From contig NC_134482.1 in assembly GCF_964194025.1 (NCBI RefSeq), forward strand, positions 22,692,001 through 22,756,000: DNA of 64,000 bases. The letters run 5' to 3'. Under the pieces are notes generated by a model. That model was not told the origin of the DNA, searched no databases, and saw nothing but the letters and a program-made list of their open reading frames with translations. This document shows, piece by piece, positions 36,447 through 48,579 of this stretch (position 1 is its first letter; each line of letters starts with the position of its first letter). Both the position numbers and the translations under genes were made by a program. This stretch comes from Convolutriloba macropyga (lineage: Eukaryota).

Positions 36447-39400
36447 TCACAGATCATTATATATTCTAATAGCAGCTTCAATTAACTTTCTATCATCATA
36501 AATAGTTAGTTCTAGAATATTATAAATCAGTTGGTCCTTGTCTAAATGTAATGATGCATTATTAATCAGGTAAGGGCCTCAGGCCTTGGTTCCCTAATCT
36601 GCTTTGCCGATTTTATTTACCTAGATCTTATTTGAATAGATATAGATTCTCATCATAAAGATCGCTTTTAATTTTATATACATAGAATTTTTTATCATCA
36701 AGCTTATTCAGACTTCTTTTATTAGTTTTGATTGTTGACATCTTATCCCCGACTTCAAGTATTCTACATTCTTCTATAATTCTTTCTTTATTATCCATTA
36801 ATTCATTATAGTAGTCTTCATGTTTGCCATTGTTTTCTTTCTTTATTCCTTTCTCTTTTGCCGTTCCATTCTTGAAGCTATACGTCTTTGGTTTTAATAC
36901 CATGATTTCTTCTATCTCTCTACTTCCAAGTTCATGGCTGAAGTTAGCTGGAACTTTACTATTAGTTTTGATTGGGGCGTCTAAATTGGTTAAGTCCATG
37001 TATTTATCATCAACCTTACCTTCAATAAAGCTTAATTCAAAACTATGAGTATCAATATAGTGTAGCATTAGATCTTTAAGTGATGGTTGTAATAGAATTT
37101 ACACATGTGAAGTTTACTAAGTTCTAATACAGTTGAGCCCAAGTATATTGGTTTATCATAATGTATTTCTTTTTTATAAAATTCTATTAGAGTGTTACTA
37201 TCATATCTAATTACATCTTCACATATTGGTTTACTTGCAGCTTTAAGTATTTCATAATCATCTGTTAGAATCTTAGCTTCTAAATATTTTAATGGGTTAT
37301 CACAACTTTTACCAAATTGGGAATTATTCGTTTACTTGAATATATCCTTTTCATCCTCAGTCTTAGCTTCTGCTCTCATTTTATTTTTGAGTTTGATATA
37401 ATATCTAATAATATAATCTTGTTTGAACTTAATTATTCTATGAACTTGAGTAACATTTATACCCATCCTAGCAACAAACTTTAACATTCTGTAGTGTATC
37501 GGATATTCATATTTATTATTCAGATCTAATATTAGTTTCTCATTTTTTGAAGAAGTTGGAGGTCTTTGTTTATATAACGGTTCATTATTCTCTACTTTTC
37601 TTCTATACGGTAGTAATTGAAATTTACTTGTTCTCTCATTACATTCATTAGTATTTTCTAAATCACAGACAAGCCAGTAGTCAAAATCACTATCATCTGG
37701 AGTGTTTAATACTTCGTCTAGAGTTGTAATAGTAAAGCTGAAGTCTTTATAGGGCAGCTTTTGCATTAATGCATAACAGTACAAGTTATTAGCATCGATG
37801 TACCATATAGATTTTTGACTTTGACTTTGACTTTGATTCTGACTTTGTTTTTGACTATGACTTTGACTTTGACTATGACTATGACCTTGACTTTGACAAT
37901 TAATATATCTATTGCCCATAACACCTTATATACCACCTCTCATTGCACTAATGAAATCTTTTAGCATTTGTTCATCTAGTATTGTTTCTAATTCGACTTC
38001 ACTGAGTTCTAGGAAACAATCAAAGCTGAAACCAGATAGACTAATATAATGCAAAAGATTGAGTTTATAAATATATCTATGTTTAAATTAACAAATAGAC
38101 TGAAGCAATGTTCTAATATTCTGCCATCATTCTCCATATACTCTATTGTGAATTCTTTACCTGTTTTCATACTATTAGAATTATTAACGTCATCAACATC
38201 TGCTTGAGTTTGTAGCTTGGCTGTTACCGATGATCTAAAGTCTTCTATTGATAGATTACCCAATTTATTATTATAGCTATTCTCATTCTTAAAATACTCA
38301 TAAAGATACAACGTTCTATTTTTAATACCATAAACAGTTGCTATTTTATCCAGAGACATTGTCAGAAAGTTGTAACTATCTATAAACTTTAGTACCTACT
38401 CTGAACATTCTAGCTTTACCATTAGTACCAGGTAGTGCATCAACTCTTCTGTTATTATTATTCTGTGTAAATGTTTCACTAAATATTTGATTGAAGTCAT
38501 AACCTTTACCATTATGAAATACTACTGGAATGAAGTTTTGTTTTCTATAGTTTAAATTACAAATATTGCATGCAGGACCTCTATAATTATCTGTTTCATG
38601 ACAGTGATCTCTAACCTTATTAATGCAAGTTTTATTACAAATATGACAAGTGTTATTGGTATCATGATATAATTTATCTTCTTTAATAAATATTATTGGT
38701 TTGTTTAACTTGAACTTATTCTCAGTTTCTATTTCCAACAGATCTTTGACATAATCTTTGATACAGTCTGGACCAAAATATGATTCTTAATTTCCATTAA
38801 AAGGGGCTTCGCCCTTGGTTGGTGAAACAGGGTTTGCCCTTCCCCAACTTAAGCCAACAACAACAGGTATATGGTTTGATATTTTATATGTATTATCACC
38901 AATCTTTTTATTAAAGCTGTTCATATAACATTCAATATCGCTATAGATGACTTTCTTCACTTCTTGTTCTTTGTAATGGTTCTTGAATTTAATCTGTTTT
39001 AATTTAGGGCATACAATCTTTTGTTTGGTTCGTGTGCAGCATTCATGGGTTTCATATATTTGTTGAGTGGTAAACCAAAGAGAACAATTATCACAATACC
39101 AATACTTTGCATGTTTAGTATTAGGTCATTCCAATAATACTTCTATGTTTTTAATTAATGCGCAGTGTTCATCCTATGCTAGTATTCTTACATTCTTACT
39201 ACCTTTGACGAGGTTTGAAAATTTATCTAATATTTCTACTTTAGTATTATGGGGCCCACCCATGTTTTACCATCTTCAGTTGAAGGCTTATCATCAGTTG
39301 TAGGTTTATCTTTAGTTATAGGCCTATCTTTAGTTATAGGACTATAAACCCAAATGTTGATGTTATATTTATTCTGCCTTCCTGTTAAATAATCATATGT

Positions 39401-40328
39401 GTTTTCATTATCTTCGCAGTCATCAATTAGTTCATTAATATATTTCTTTCTCTAGTTGCATGATCAGCTGCAGGGAATAATGCGGCTGTAGTACAAAATC
39501 GCAAGCAGTTAAATTTATTGTTTCTAATATTTAATATTGCTTTTGTTTTACTTCTCAGTCCACGTGGTAGTTCAGTATATGATTCTAATGACGGCTTAGC
39601 TCTTCCTATGTTCAATTGCACGTCTCATATTCCAATAAATTCATAATCGTAACCATAGCCTTCATATGTTTCTTTAACATGATCAAGCCATTGGTTTAGA
39701 TTCAGTCGATGATCTTTAACCATATATTCATCAGTTCCAAAGTTTATTTTTATAGACTTCGGGACCCCTTCTTTGCCATCGGGAGTTCTCTTTCTATATA
39801 CGCAATTAGCACTGACCTAAAACTTATAGGATTTAAATAGTTTAAACCCGTCTAATATGTAATCTATTGGCTCATTAATATCTTGATAAAACTATCATCG
39901 GATTTGTTAATATATAACTGCCTTTGATTGAAGCTTGATATAATATTAAAATTATTGTCCTGGGCTACGTTTTCCCTCCAGTGTTTGTTCATGTGGGTTT
40001 GTAGACCTATATCGTTTTTAAAATTTTGGCCACAGACCCAACAGGGGACTACAGTTTGGGGTCATCTTCTTCGGGGTCATTCACCCTCTTCATGTTTTCT
40101 GGTATGGGCTTAGACTTAATCATGGGTTGGGGTTTAGTTTGAGGGGGTATTAGCGAAGCCCTTTCAGCCTCATCAAGATCCATGATCGTTCCCCTAGCTC
40201 TTTTCTGGCGCTTGCCTATTAAAGTATGTTTGATTAATTCTTTCCTTGAGTCTAAGAATAACTCGCAAATATCACAGAAGTTCACACTTTTCACATTAAA
40301 TAACTATTTTTTAAGAACAATAATTCAT
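36447..40328 (-). pseudogene. pPolB: Protein-primed family B DNA polymerase with N-terminal Zn fingers and endonuclease-VII-like insert
   Basis: SYTELP..KAILNIRN..NC (terminal-protein region); CHIC...VRDHCH...YRGPACNICN (EndoVII-like); FHNGKGYD (ExoII); MRGG; YIDANNLY (motif A); K..NNS.FGK (motif B); YIDTHS (motif C with D->H); KPKTYS; KEKGI. Many frameshifts. Confidence 0.95.
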
Positions 40329-40344
40329 TTTTGAAAAACTAAAA

Positions 40345-40644
40345 ATGTCTAAATCAGTAAAATGTGATAGTTGTAAAGATAAATCTGGGAGCGGGTGTTG
40401 TGATAAATATTTAGATAATTTATTTGAGTGTTATATCTGTAAGGGGCACTTTAAGAATAGGGATTATATTAGTCATGTGGATATGTTTTATAATGATCCG
40501 AATCTATATATAGCATGTTTAAGGTGTAAAGTAAATCAACATATTAGCGGGTTTGGATTTAAAAATTTTAAATGTAGACTATGTGTTTATGATGATAGAT
40601 ACAGACATACGCGCACTAAAGATAGATTCAGGAAAATATGCTGA
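40345..40644 (+). CDS. Intact small Cys-rich zinc-binding protein, divergent from pPolB
   Basis: 99 aa with CDSC, CCDK, CYIC, CLRC and CRLC motifs; ATG in an AAAAATG context. Confidence 0.65.
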   Translation: MSKSVKCDSCKDKSGSGCCDKYLDNLFECYICKGHFKNRDYISHVDMFYNDPNLYIACLRCKVNQHISGFGFKNFKCRLCVYDDRYRHTRTKDRFRKIC

Positions 40645-41334
40645 AAGATTTAATATAAAAGTTTAGAGCTAAGCTGGTTTTGTGCAGATTATCCACGAAG
40701 TGGCTTTACAGATTTTCGCATGGTACACTGAAAAAAACACTAATCACTGTATTTCCACCGATCTCAGTGTTTTTGACTGTATACCCATCACAGTGTATCC
40801 CTTATAAAGTCTCACAGCAGGTATCATCCTTTTTAAGAACTGTGAATTTTGTTTTTTTTTTCATCCCACATAGTTTCAAAGTAATTCATCAAAATCGGGG
40901 GACGTTCACTGGGGACAGTGAGGAAGGAACCCCAAACCTTCCGTTTGCTAAAGCAACATAACTAGAATTGATGATTTAACCACTAGGCCAAGTGAGACAG
41001 AAAATTTTAGTTTTAGATAGATTAAATATTGACTTTGGTGGCATATGAAAATTTTTATTATTTAATCTTTTCAGTTTTTGTTCGAGTTTATCAACGAAGT
41101 GGCTTAACAGATTTTGCAAGTTGGTTTACGTACTTTTTACAGGGTCTCTCTAGTTACAATAGTATCTGAGATACGTCCACCGGAGTCGGTGGGGGTAGAA
41201 CCCGAACTATCCGTCTGATAAAAGATATTTACCAGCATAACTCTGTACGAGTGGATTGCACTAAGTGAGACAAGGAATGATGGTTTTTGGGGGAATATAA
41301 AGGGGAAATATAGTGGAAAAAACAAAGGGAAATA

Positions 41335-41442
41335 AAGTAATGTTTACATGTAGTAGTGGGAAAAAGGGACATTTATCCAGACAAAAATGAATACCCGTTA
41401 GGATTGAGTTTTTGGTCTGGATAGCCCCCTTCTCCCACTACT
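41335..41442 (-). repeat. Polinton right TIR (108 bp), internally palindromic
   Basis: Reverse complement of the left TIR. Internal AGTAGTGGGAAAAAGGG at 41352 pairs with the terminal CCCTTCTCCCACTACT; TATCCAGAC/GTCTGGATA forms an inner stem. Confidence 0.95.
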
Positions 41443-41934
41443 AATGTGACTGTCCACTGTTACTTAAACATGCGAAAAATTAAAGGCAATCTTTCTTTTC
41501 GGATTTATTGTGTTTCCCCCCCCCCCCCCCCCCCCTCCAGCATAGGGGGCATACAATTTTAGCGACCCCTATTTTTTACATAGTAATGAGCTATACAAAT
41601 TTCAGCCAGTATTAGTTTTTATGTTCTACGAGAGACAGTCACATTTGTTTTGAAACCCAGGTGAAAAAAAAGATGAAAAATATTGCTGTTGGTATCAAAA
41701 CTATTGATACTGCACAACATAAATTTCCCATCGCAGTATCACTCATACTTATTCATGCACTTGTCATCAGTCATTTAGATTACTCTGCTTTTTGTCTCCT
41801 TCAAAGTGGTTCATTATTGGTGCATTGGAGCATTTCAACAACAGGTTGAATTATCTACGGCCAGCTATGGGATTAAAAAGCTCACTAAACAAATATCTTT
41901 GTAATGAATATTCTATCTGTTTCTCAAGATTCTC

Positions 41935-43175
41935 TGTTTTTCTCAAGTGACAACGCACCTGACCTCGAAAGATTCACACTCAAGATCTTACCGAAACTGG
42001 CAGTCATCAATGTTCATTTCCAAAGTAGCGATAACTGGTACGGTCAGAAAGATGGCCTGGCACTGAGGGCATCCCTAGCAGTTGTCTTAGCTAACAATTG
42101 GATGAAATCCTTTGAAGTAAAATTGAGTAACGAAAGTCAAACACCGAGTGTGAGAATTAAAGATCCCAAAGAAAAATGTCCAGATTGCCATCAAAAATTG
42201 CTTGCAACCGCAAAGCTGTCGACTGTGAAAAATGCGAGAAGTGGTACCATATCAAACTGCAAAACTTAGACAAAAAGCAATGCGAAAAATGGGGGGATGT
42301 CGATTGGATATGTATGAACTGCAAAAATATTCCAGTAGGTAACTATGGTAGAAAACGAAAACTTTTTGAAAGACATGTAGATGACATTATTTGTACTGTA
42401 AAAGACGACCCCAATAAATTGCTTCACGAGGTCAACGATTTGCATTTAACATTCACTCTTGAAATTTTAATTGATAAGCGCGAGTTGGCGTTTTTAGATA
42501 TGGCAGTGCACGTTAATGAACAAAGGATTTGTAAATGGTACCAAAAACCAGCAGACACTGGTGCTATCCTTGATTTACGAAGTTGTGCACGGTTTCATTA
42601 CAAGAAGAACACTATTGAAAGAACAATCCATGGGCTAGTGCGCTGCACGAATAATGGGAAAATTTTCAAACACAATCAAAGCAATTGAACAAGCCTGTCG
42701 AACATAACACCTCAAATGAATCATTAAAGTAAAAGCACAATGAAATACCATCGTTATTTCTGCAATACAGAGGTAACCTTAGCTTGCGGTTTAAGGAAAA
42801 ACTAAATATGGCGTAGAAATCAATTTGATCTTCACAACCCGCAAACTCAAGACAAGCGGTCTCATGTGATTCAGCAGATAGCTCGTAGTAAATGTAATTC
42901 CGCCTACGTCGGGAAGACCTGCAGACATATCGCCACAAGGATTTCGGAGCATCAAAATACTGACTCCCAGTTGGACAACATGTGATTGAATGCTGTGGCT
43001 CTTCGCAAGCTTTTGAGTGGGTGTCATTGATCAATGCAATGACTCGCCAAAATTATTCACACTGGAAGCCATATACGTTGCGCAGCGAAAGCCGGCACAA
43101 CACGGGGCATGAATACAGGAGCAGAGACCTAACACTCAAATATAGGTTACATGCTCACAGGTGGCTATTTTGAAA
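41935..43175 (+). mobile_element. Penelope-like element copy 1 (5'-truncated; RT with PHD insert, GIY-YIG)
   Basis: LLKLAV.NVHF..WY.QKDGLA.GASLAVVLAN; HVDD; LAFLD; WYQKPADTG; endonuclease region; internal deletion. Confidence 0.88.
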
Positions 43176-43417
43176 TTTTCATGTTTAGGAAAACGAATTC
43201 GGTTTGACTGAGAAATTTTAAAGAAGAGAGTGCCATTCAAAGAGATGGAATAAAATAGTAAAAGGAATGAAAACAGCAAAAGACTTCAATGAAAATTATT
43301 TGTGTTTCTACTTGAATCTTTTACCCTTATTGTATCATTAGCCACAGCTTACCCTATAAAAATATAATCCCAACGAGCTGGGGGGCCAAAGAAGAATAGA
43401 TCCATGTTTTCTCACTG

Positions 43418-43930
43418 CTCATATGCAGCAAGTTTGTGTTTATAAAATTGTGTCAAATGGAATTGAGCTTAAGCAAAATTTTCCTCAAGAAACAGTTTTA
43501 GGGCCACTTCTTTTCAACTTATTTTTAATTGATCTCCCAGAGCAAGTAAGTGAAACTTGTATACTATTGCAGTATGCGGTTGGTTGCTTATTGTCTTGTC
43601 GTCACGAAAACTCCATTATTGCTTGAGTCTTTTTGCAGGAAAACTTTAAAAAATTGGACTGCTGTTTTGGTTTAAATAGGTTGATGTTGAATGCCAAAAA
43701 AACCGAGTTTATTGGGTTCTAGCGTGATAACGTAATGATAACTGGCTGATTGATTCCGAGACTCTTGCTGTTGGTATGAAAATTATTGATACTGCACAAC
43801 ATAGATTTCCCATCACAGTATCACTAAGTCTTTTTCATGCACTTGTCATCAGTCATTTAGATTACTCTTTTTTCTATTTCAAAGTGGTTCAACCTTGATG
43901 CTTTTTTGAAAAGAGCATTTCAATAACAAC
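43418..43930 (+). pseudogene. CR1/L2-type non-LTR RT fragment (other copies at ~41640-41830, 45637-46235, 47945-48495)
   Basis: PQETVLGPLLFNL..IDLP...LQYAVG (decayed PQG.VLGP.LF...YADD), LN..KTEFI, KYLG in other copies, HALVISHLDYS. Confidence 0.8.
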
Positions 43931-44019
43931 TTAAAATATCTACGACCAGCCATAGGATTAACAGGCGCACTAAACAAATATCTTTGTAATGAGTATTCTA
44001 TCTGTTTCTCAAGATTCTC

Positions 44020-45345
44020 TGTTTACTCAAGTGACAACGCACCTGACATCGAAAATTTCTAACTCAAGATCTTATCGAAGCTGGCAGTCACCAATGTTCA
44101 TTTCAAAAGTAGCGACAACTGGTACAGTCACGAAAAGACGGCCTGGAAATGGGGGCATCCCTAGCAGTTGTCTTAGCTAACATTCGGGTTGAGTCTTTTG
44201 AAAATGGATTGAGTAACGAAAGTCAAACACCGAGTGTGAGAATTAAAGACCCCAAAAAGAAATATCCAGGATGCCATCGAAAAACTGCTTGGAACCGGAA
44301 AGCTGTCGACTGCGAAAAATGTGAAAACTGGTAACATATCAAATGCCAAAACATAGACAAAGAGCAATACAAATAATGGGGGATGTCGATTGGATATTTT
44401 GAACTGCAAGAATATTCCAGTAGGTAACTATGGCAGAAAATGGAAACTTTTTGAAAGATATGTAGATGACATTATTTTTACCGTAAAAGACAATCCAATG
44501 AATTGCTTCAAGAGGTTGACGATTTGCATCCAAATCTAAAATTCGCTCTTAAAACTTTTATTGATAAGCACCAATTAGCGTTTTTTGATATGGCAGTGCA
44601 CGTTAATGAACAAAGAATGCTAACTTGTAAATGGTACCAAAAAACCAGCAGACACTGAGGTTATCCTTAATTTGCGAAGTTGTGCACCGTTTCATCACAA
44701 GAAGAATATTATTGAAGGGACAATCCGTGGACTAGTGCGCTAAACGAGTAATTGGAAAATTTTCAACGAAGCTTTAAAAGTGAATGAAAAAATTTGGCTG
44801 AAAATTCAATCTCCAAAGAACTGGTCTTCAAATGTAGTAAATGAAACCTTCCAAAAAATTTTAACGCAATCAAAGCAACTGAACAAGCCTGTCGAACAAA
44901 ATACCTCAAATGAATCATTTATGTAAAAGAACAATGAAATACCATCGTTATTTCTGCAATGCAGAGGTAACCTTAGCCTGCGGCTTATGGAAAAACTAAA
45001 CACGGCAGCAGAAATAAATGTGATCTTCACAACCCGCAAACTCAAGACAAGCGGTCTGATGTGGTTTAGCAGATAGCTTGTAGTGGATGTAATTCCAACT
45101 ATGTCGCGAAGACCTGCAGAGATATCGCCACAAGTATTTCGGAGCATCAAAATACAGACTCCAAGTTGGACGACATGTGAGTGAATGCTGTAGCTCTTCG
45201 CGAGCTTTTGAGTGAGTGTCATTGATCAGTGCAACGACTGGCCAAAACTATTGACACTGGAGGCCATTTACGTTGCGCAGCGAAAGCCGGCACTTAACAC
45301 GCGGCATGAATACAGGAGCAGAGAGCTGAAACTCAAATATTAGTC
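44020..45345 (+). mobile_element. Penelope-like element copy 2
   Basis: Same RT, PHD and GIY-YIG motifs with stops and frameshifts. Confidence 0.88.
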
Positions 45346-46329
45346 TACATGCTCACAGGTGACTTTTTTTGAAATTTTCAAGTCTAGGAAAACGAATTTG
45401 GTCTGACTGCAAAAATTTAAGGAAGAGAGTGCCGTTCAAAGAGATGGAACACAATAGTAAAAAGAATGAAAACAGAAAAAGACTTCAATGAAAATTTTTT
45501 ATGTTTCTACTTGAATCTTTTACCCTTATTGTATCATTAGCGAAAGCTGTCCCTATAAAAAGTATAAGCCCAACAAGCTGGGTGGCCAAAAAAGAACAGA
45601 TCCATGTTTTCTCACGGGTCACATGCAACAAGTCGGTGTTTATAAAATTGTGTCAAATGGTTTTGAGCTTAAGCAAAATTTTCCTTAAGAAACAGTTTTA
45701 GGGCCACTTCTTTTCAACTTATATTTAATTGATCTCCCAGAGCAAATAAGGGATGCTGGTATACTATTGCAGTATGCGGTTGGCTGCTTATTGTTTTTTC
45801 GTCGCGAAAACTCCAGTATTGCTTGAGTCTTGGCAGGAAAACTTTTTAAAAATGGAAACTTATTTTGGTTTTAATAGGTTGAAGTTTAATGTCGAAAAAA
45901 CCTAACTTATTACGTTCTAGACTAAAACTGATAACAGCCTCAATGAATCCGAGAATGAAGTAGTAGAAGCAGCAGTTATAAAAAAGTTCAGCCGGTATAG
46001 GTATTTAGGTTTTACCAGAGACATCCAAATTTTTTTTGAAACTCAAGTAAAAAAAATTGTGAAAAATATGGCTGTTGGTATCAAAACAATTGATACCGCA
46101 CAACATAGACTTCCCATCACCGTATCACTCATAATTATTCATGCACTTGTCATCAGTCATTTAGGGTACTCTGCTTTTTGTCTCTTCCAAAGTGGTTAAA
46201 TCTTGGTGCTTTTTTGAAAAGATATTTTCAACAACAGCCTAAATTATCTACGGCCAGCTAGGGGATTAACAAGCGCTCTAAACAAATATCTTTGTATTGA
46301 ATATTCTATCTGTTTCTCAAGATTCTCCG

Positions 46330-47682
46330 TTTACTCAAGTGACAACGCACCTGCCATCGAAAAATTCTAACTCAAGATTATATCGAAACTGACAGTCATC
46401 AATGTTCATTTCAGAAGTAGCGATAACTGGTACAGTCAGAAATATGACCTCGCAATGGGGGCATCCCTAGCAGTTGTTTTAGGTAACATTTGGATTAAGT
46501 CTTTTGAAAAAAATTTGAGTAACGAAAGTCAAACACCGAGTGTGGGAATTAAAGATGCCAAAGAGAAATTTCCAGATTGCCATCAAAAAACTGCTTGGAA
46601 CCGCAAAGCTGTCGCCTGTGAAGAATGTGAAAACTGGTACCATATCAAATGCCAAAACATAGACAAAGAGCAATACAAAAAATTGGGGGATGTGGATTGG
46701 ATATGTTTGAACTGCAAAAATATTCCAGTAGGTGGGTGACTATGGCAGAAAATGGAAACTTTTTAAAGATTTGTAGATGACATTATTTGTACCGTAAAAG
46801 ACAATCCAATGAATTGCTTCAAGAGGTTGACGATTTACATCCAAATCTAAAATTTGCTCTTGAAACTTTAAATGACAAGCGCGATTTAGCACTTGTAGAT
46901 ATCGCAGTGCACGTTAATGAACAAAGAATGGTAACTTGTAAATAGTACCAAAAACCAGCAGACACAGTTGCTATCCTTAATTTCCGAAGTTGTGCACCGC
47001 TTCATTACAAGAACAACATTATTGAGGGTACGATCCATGGGCTATTGCGCTGCACGAGTAACTGGAAAAACTTCAAGGAAGCTTTAAAAGTGAAAGAAAA
47101 AATTTGGCTAAAAATTCAATATCCAGAGAGTTGGTCTTCAAAAGTAGTAAACGAAACGTTACAAAAAATTTTAACACAACCTAACCAACTGAACAAACCT
47201 GTCGTAAAAAAGATCTCAAATGAATCATTTATGTAAAGGAACAATGAAATACCATCGTTATTTCTGCAATGCAGAGGTAACCTTAGCCTGCGGCTTAAGG
47301 AAAAACTAAATACGGCAGCAGAAATAAATGTGATCTTCACAACCCGCAAACTCAAGACAAGCGGTCTGATGTGGTTTAGCAGATAGCTCGTAGTGGATGT
47401 CATTCCACCTATGTCGGGCAGACCTGCAGACATATTGCAACAGGGTTTTCTGAGCATCAAGATACAGACTCCCCAGCTGGACAACATGTGAGTGCATGTT
47501 GTGGCTCTTCGCGAACTTTTGAGTGGCATTTCATTGATCAGTGGAACGGCTCGCCAAAACTATTGACACTGGAAGCCATTTACAATGCGCAGCGAAAGCC
47601 GGCATTTAACACGCAGGCTGAATACAGGAGCAGAGAGCTAACACTCATATATGGGTTACATGCTCATAGGTGGCTATTTTGA
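46330..47682 (+). mobile_element. Penelope-like element copy 3
   Basis: ORF 46455-46739 links MGASLAVVLGNIW directly to the PHD finger. GIY-YIG tail LLTLEAIY..RKPAFN. Confidence 0.88.
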
Positions 47683-48579
47683 AATTTTCATGTCTAGGAA
47701 AACGAATTGGGTTTGACTGAGAAATTTTAAGGAGAAGAGTGCCACTCAAAGAGATAGAATAAAATAGTAAAAGGAATGAAAAACAGCAAATGACCTAAAT
47801 GAAAATTATTTGTTTTTCTACTTGAATCTTTTACCCTTATTGTATCATTAGCCACAGCTGTCCCTACAAAAAATATAAGCCCACCGAGCTGGGGGGCAAA
47901 GCAGAATAAATCCTTGTTTTCTAAAGGATCGCATGCAGGAAGTTTGTGTTTGTGAAATTGTGTCAAATTGTATTGAGCTTAAGCAAAGTTTTCCTCAAGA
48001 AATACTGGTATACTATTGCAGTATGCGATTGGTTGCTTATTGCTTATTGGTTGGTTGCAAAACACCAATATTGCTTGAGTCTTTGCAGGAAAACTTTTAA
48101 AAAATGGAAACCTAATTTGGGTTTAATAGGTTGAAGTTTAATGTCGAAAAAACCGAATTTCTTACGTTCTAGACTAAAAATGATAACAGGCTCAATGAAT
48201 CCGAGAATGTAGTAGAAGGAGCAGCAGTTGTAAAAAAGTTCAGCCGGTATAAGTATTTAGGTTTTACCAGAGACATCCACAATTTTTTTGAAAATCAAGT
48301 GAAAAAAGATTGTGAAAAATATGGTTGTTGGTATCAAAACTATTGATACCGCACAACATAGATTTCCCATCACCGTATCACTCATAATTATTCATGCACT
48401 TGTCATCAGTCATTTAGGGTATTCTGCTTTTTGTCTCTTCCAAAGTGGTTAAACCTTGGTGCTTTTTTGAAAAGAATTTTTCAACAACAGCTTAAATTAT
48501 CTACGCCCAGCTAGGGGATTAACAAACTGACTAAACAAATATCTTTGTAATGAATATTCTATCTGTTTCTCAAGATTCT

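Larger units (their letters stand above)
21186..41442. mobile_element. Full-length, decayed Polinton/Maverick (adintovirus-like endogenous virus), 20,257 bp
   Basis: Starts AGTAGT and ends ACTACT; identical 6-bp TSD AATGTG at 21180-21185 and 41443-41448; 108-bp TIRs. Contains pPolB, integrase, adenain, A32 ATPases, hexon and penton remnants. Confidence 0.97.

Noticed and set aside
40727-40920. Possible nested CACTG...CAGTG element in the Polinton right arm
   Set aside because: The inverted match is only 5 bp and there is no convincing TSD.
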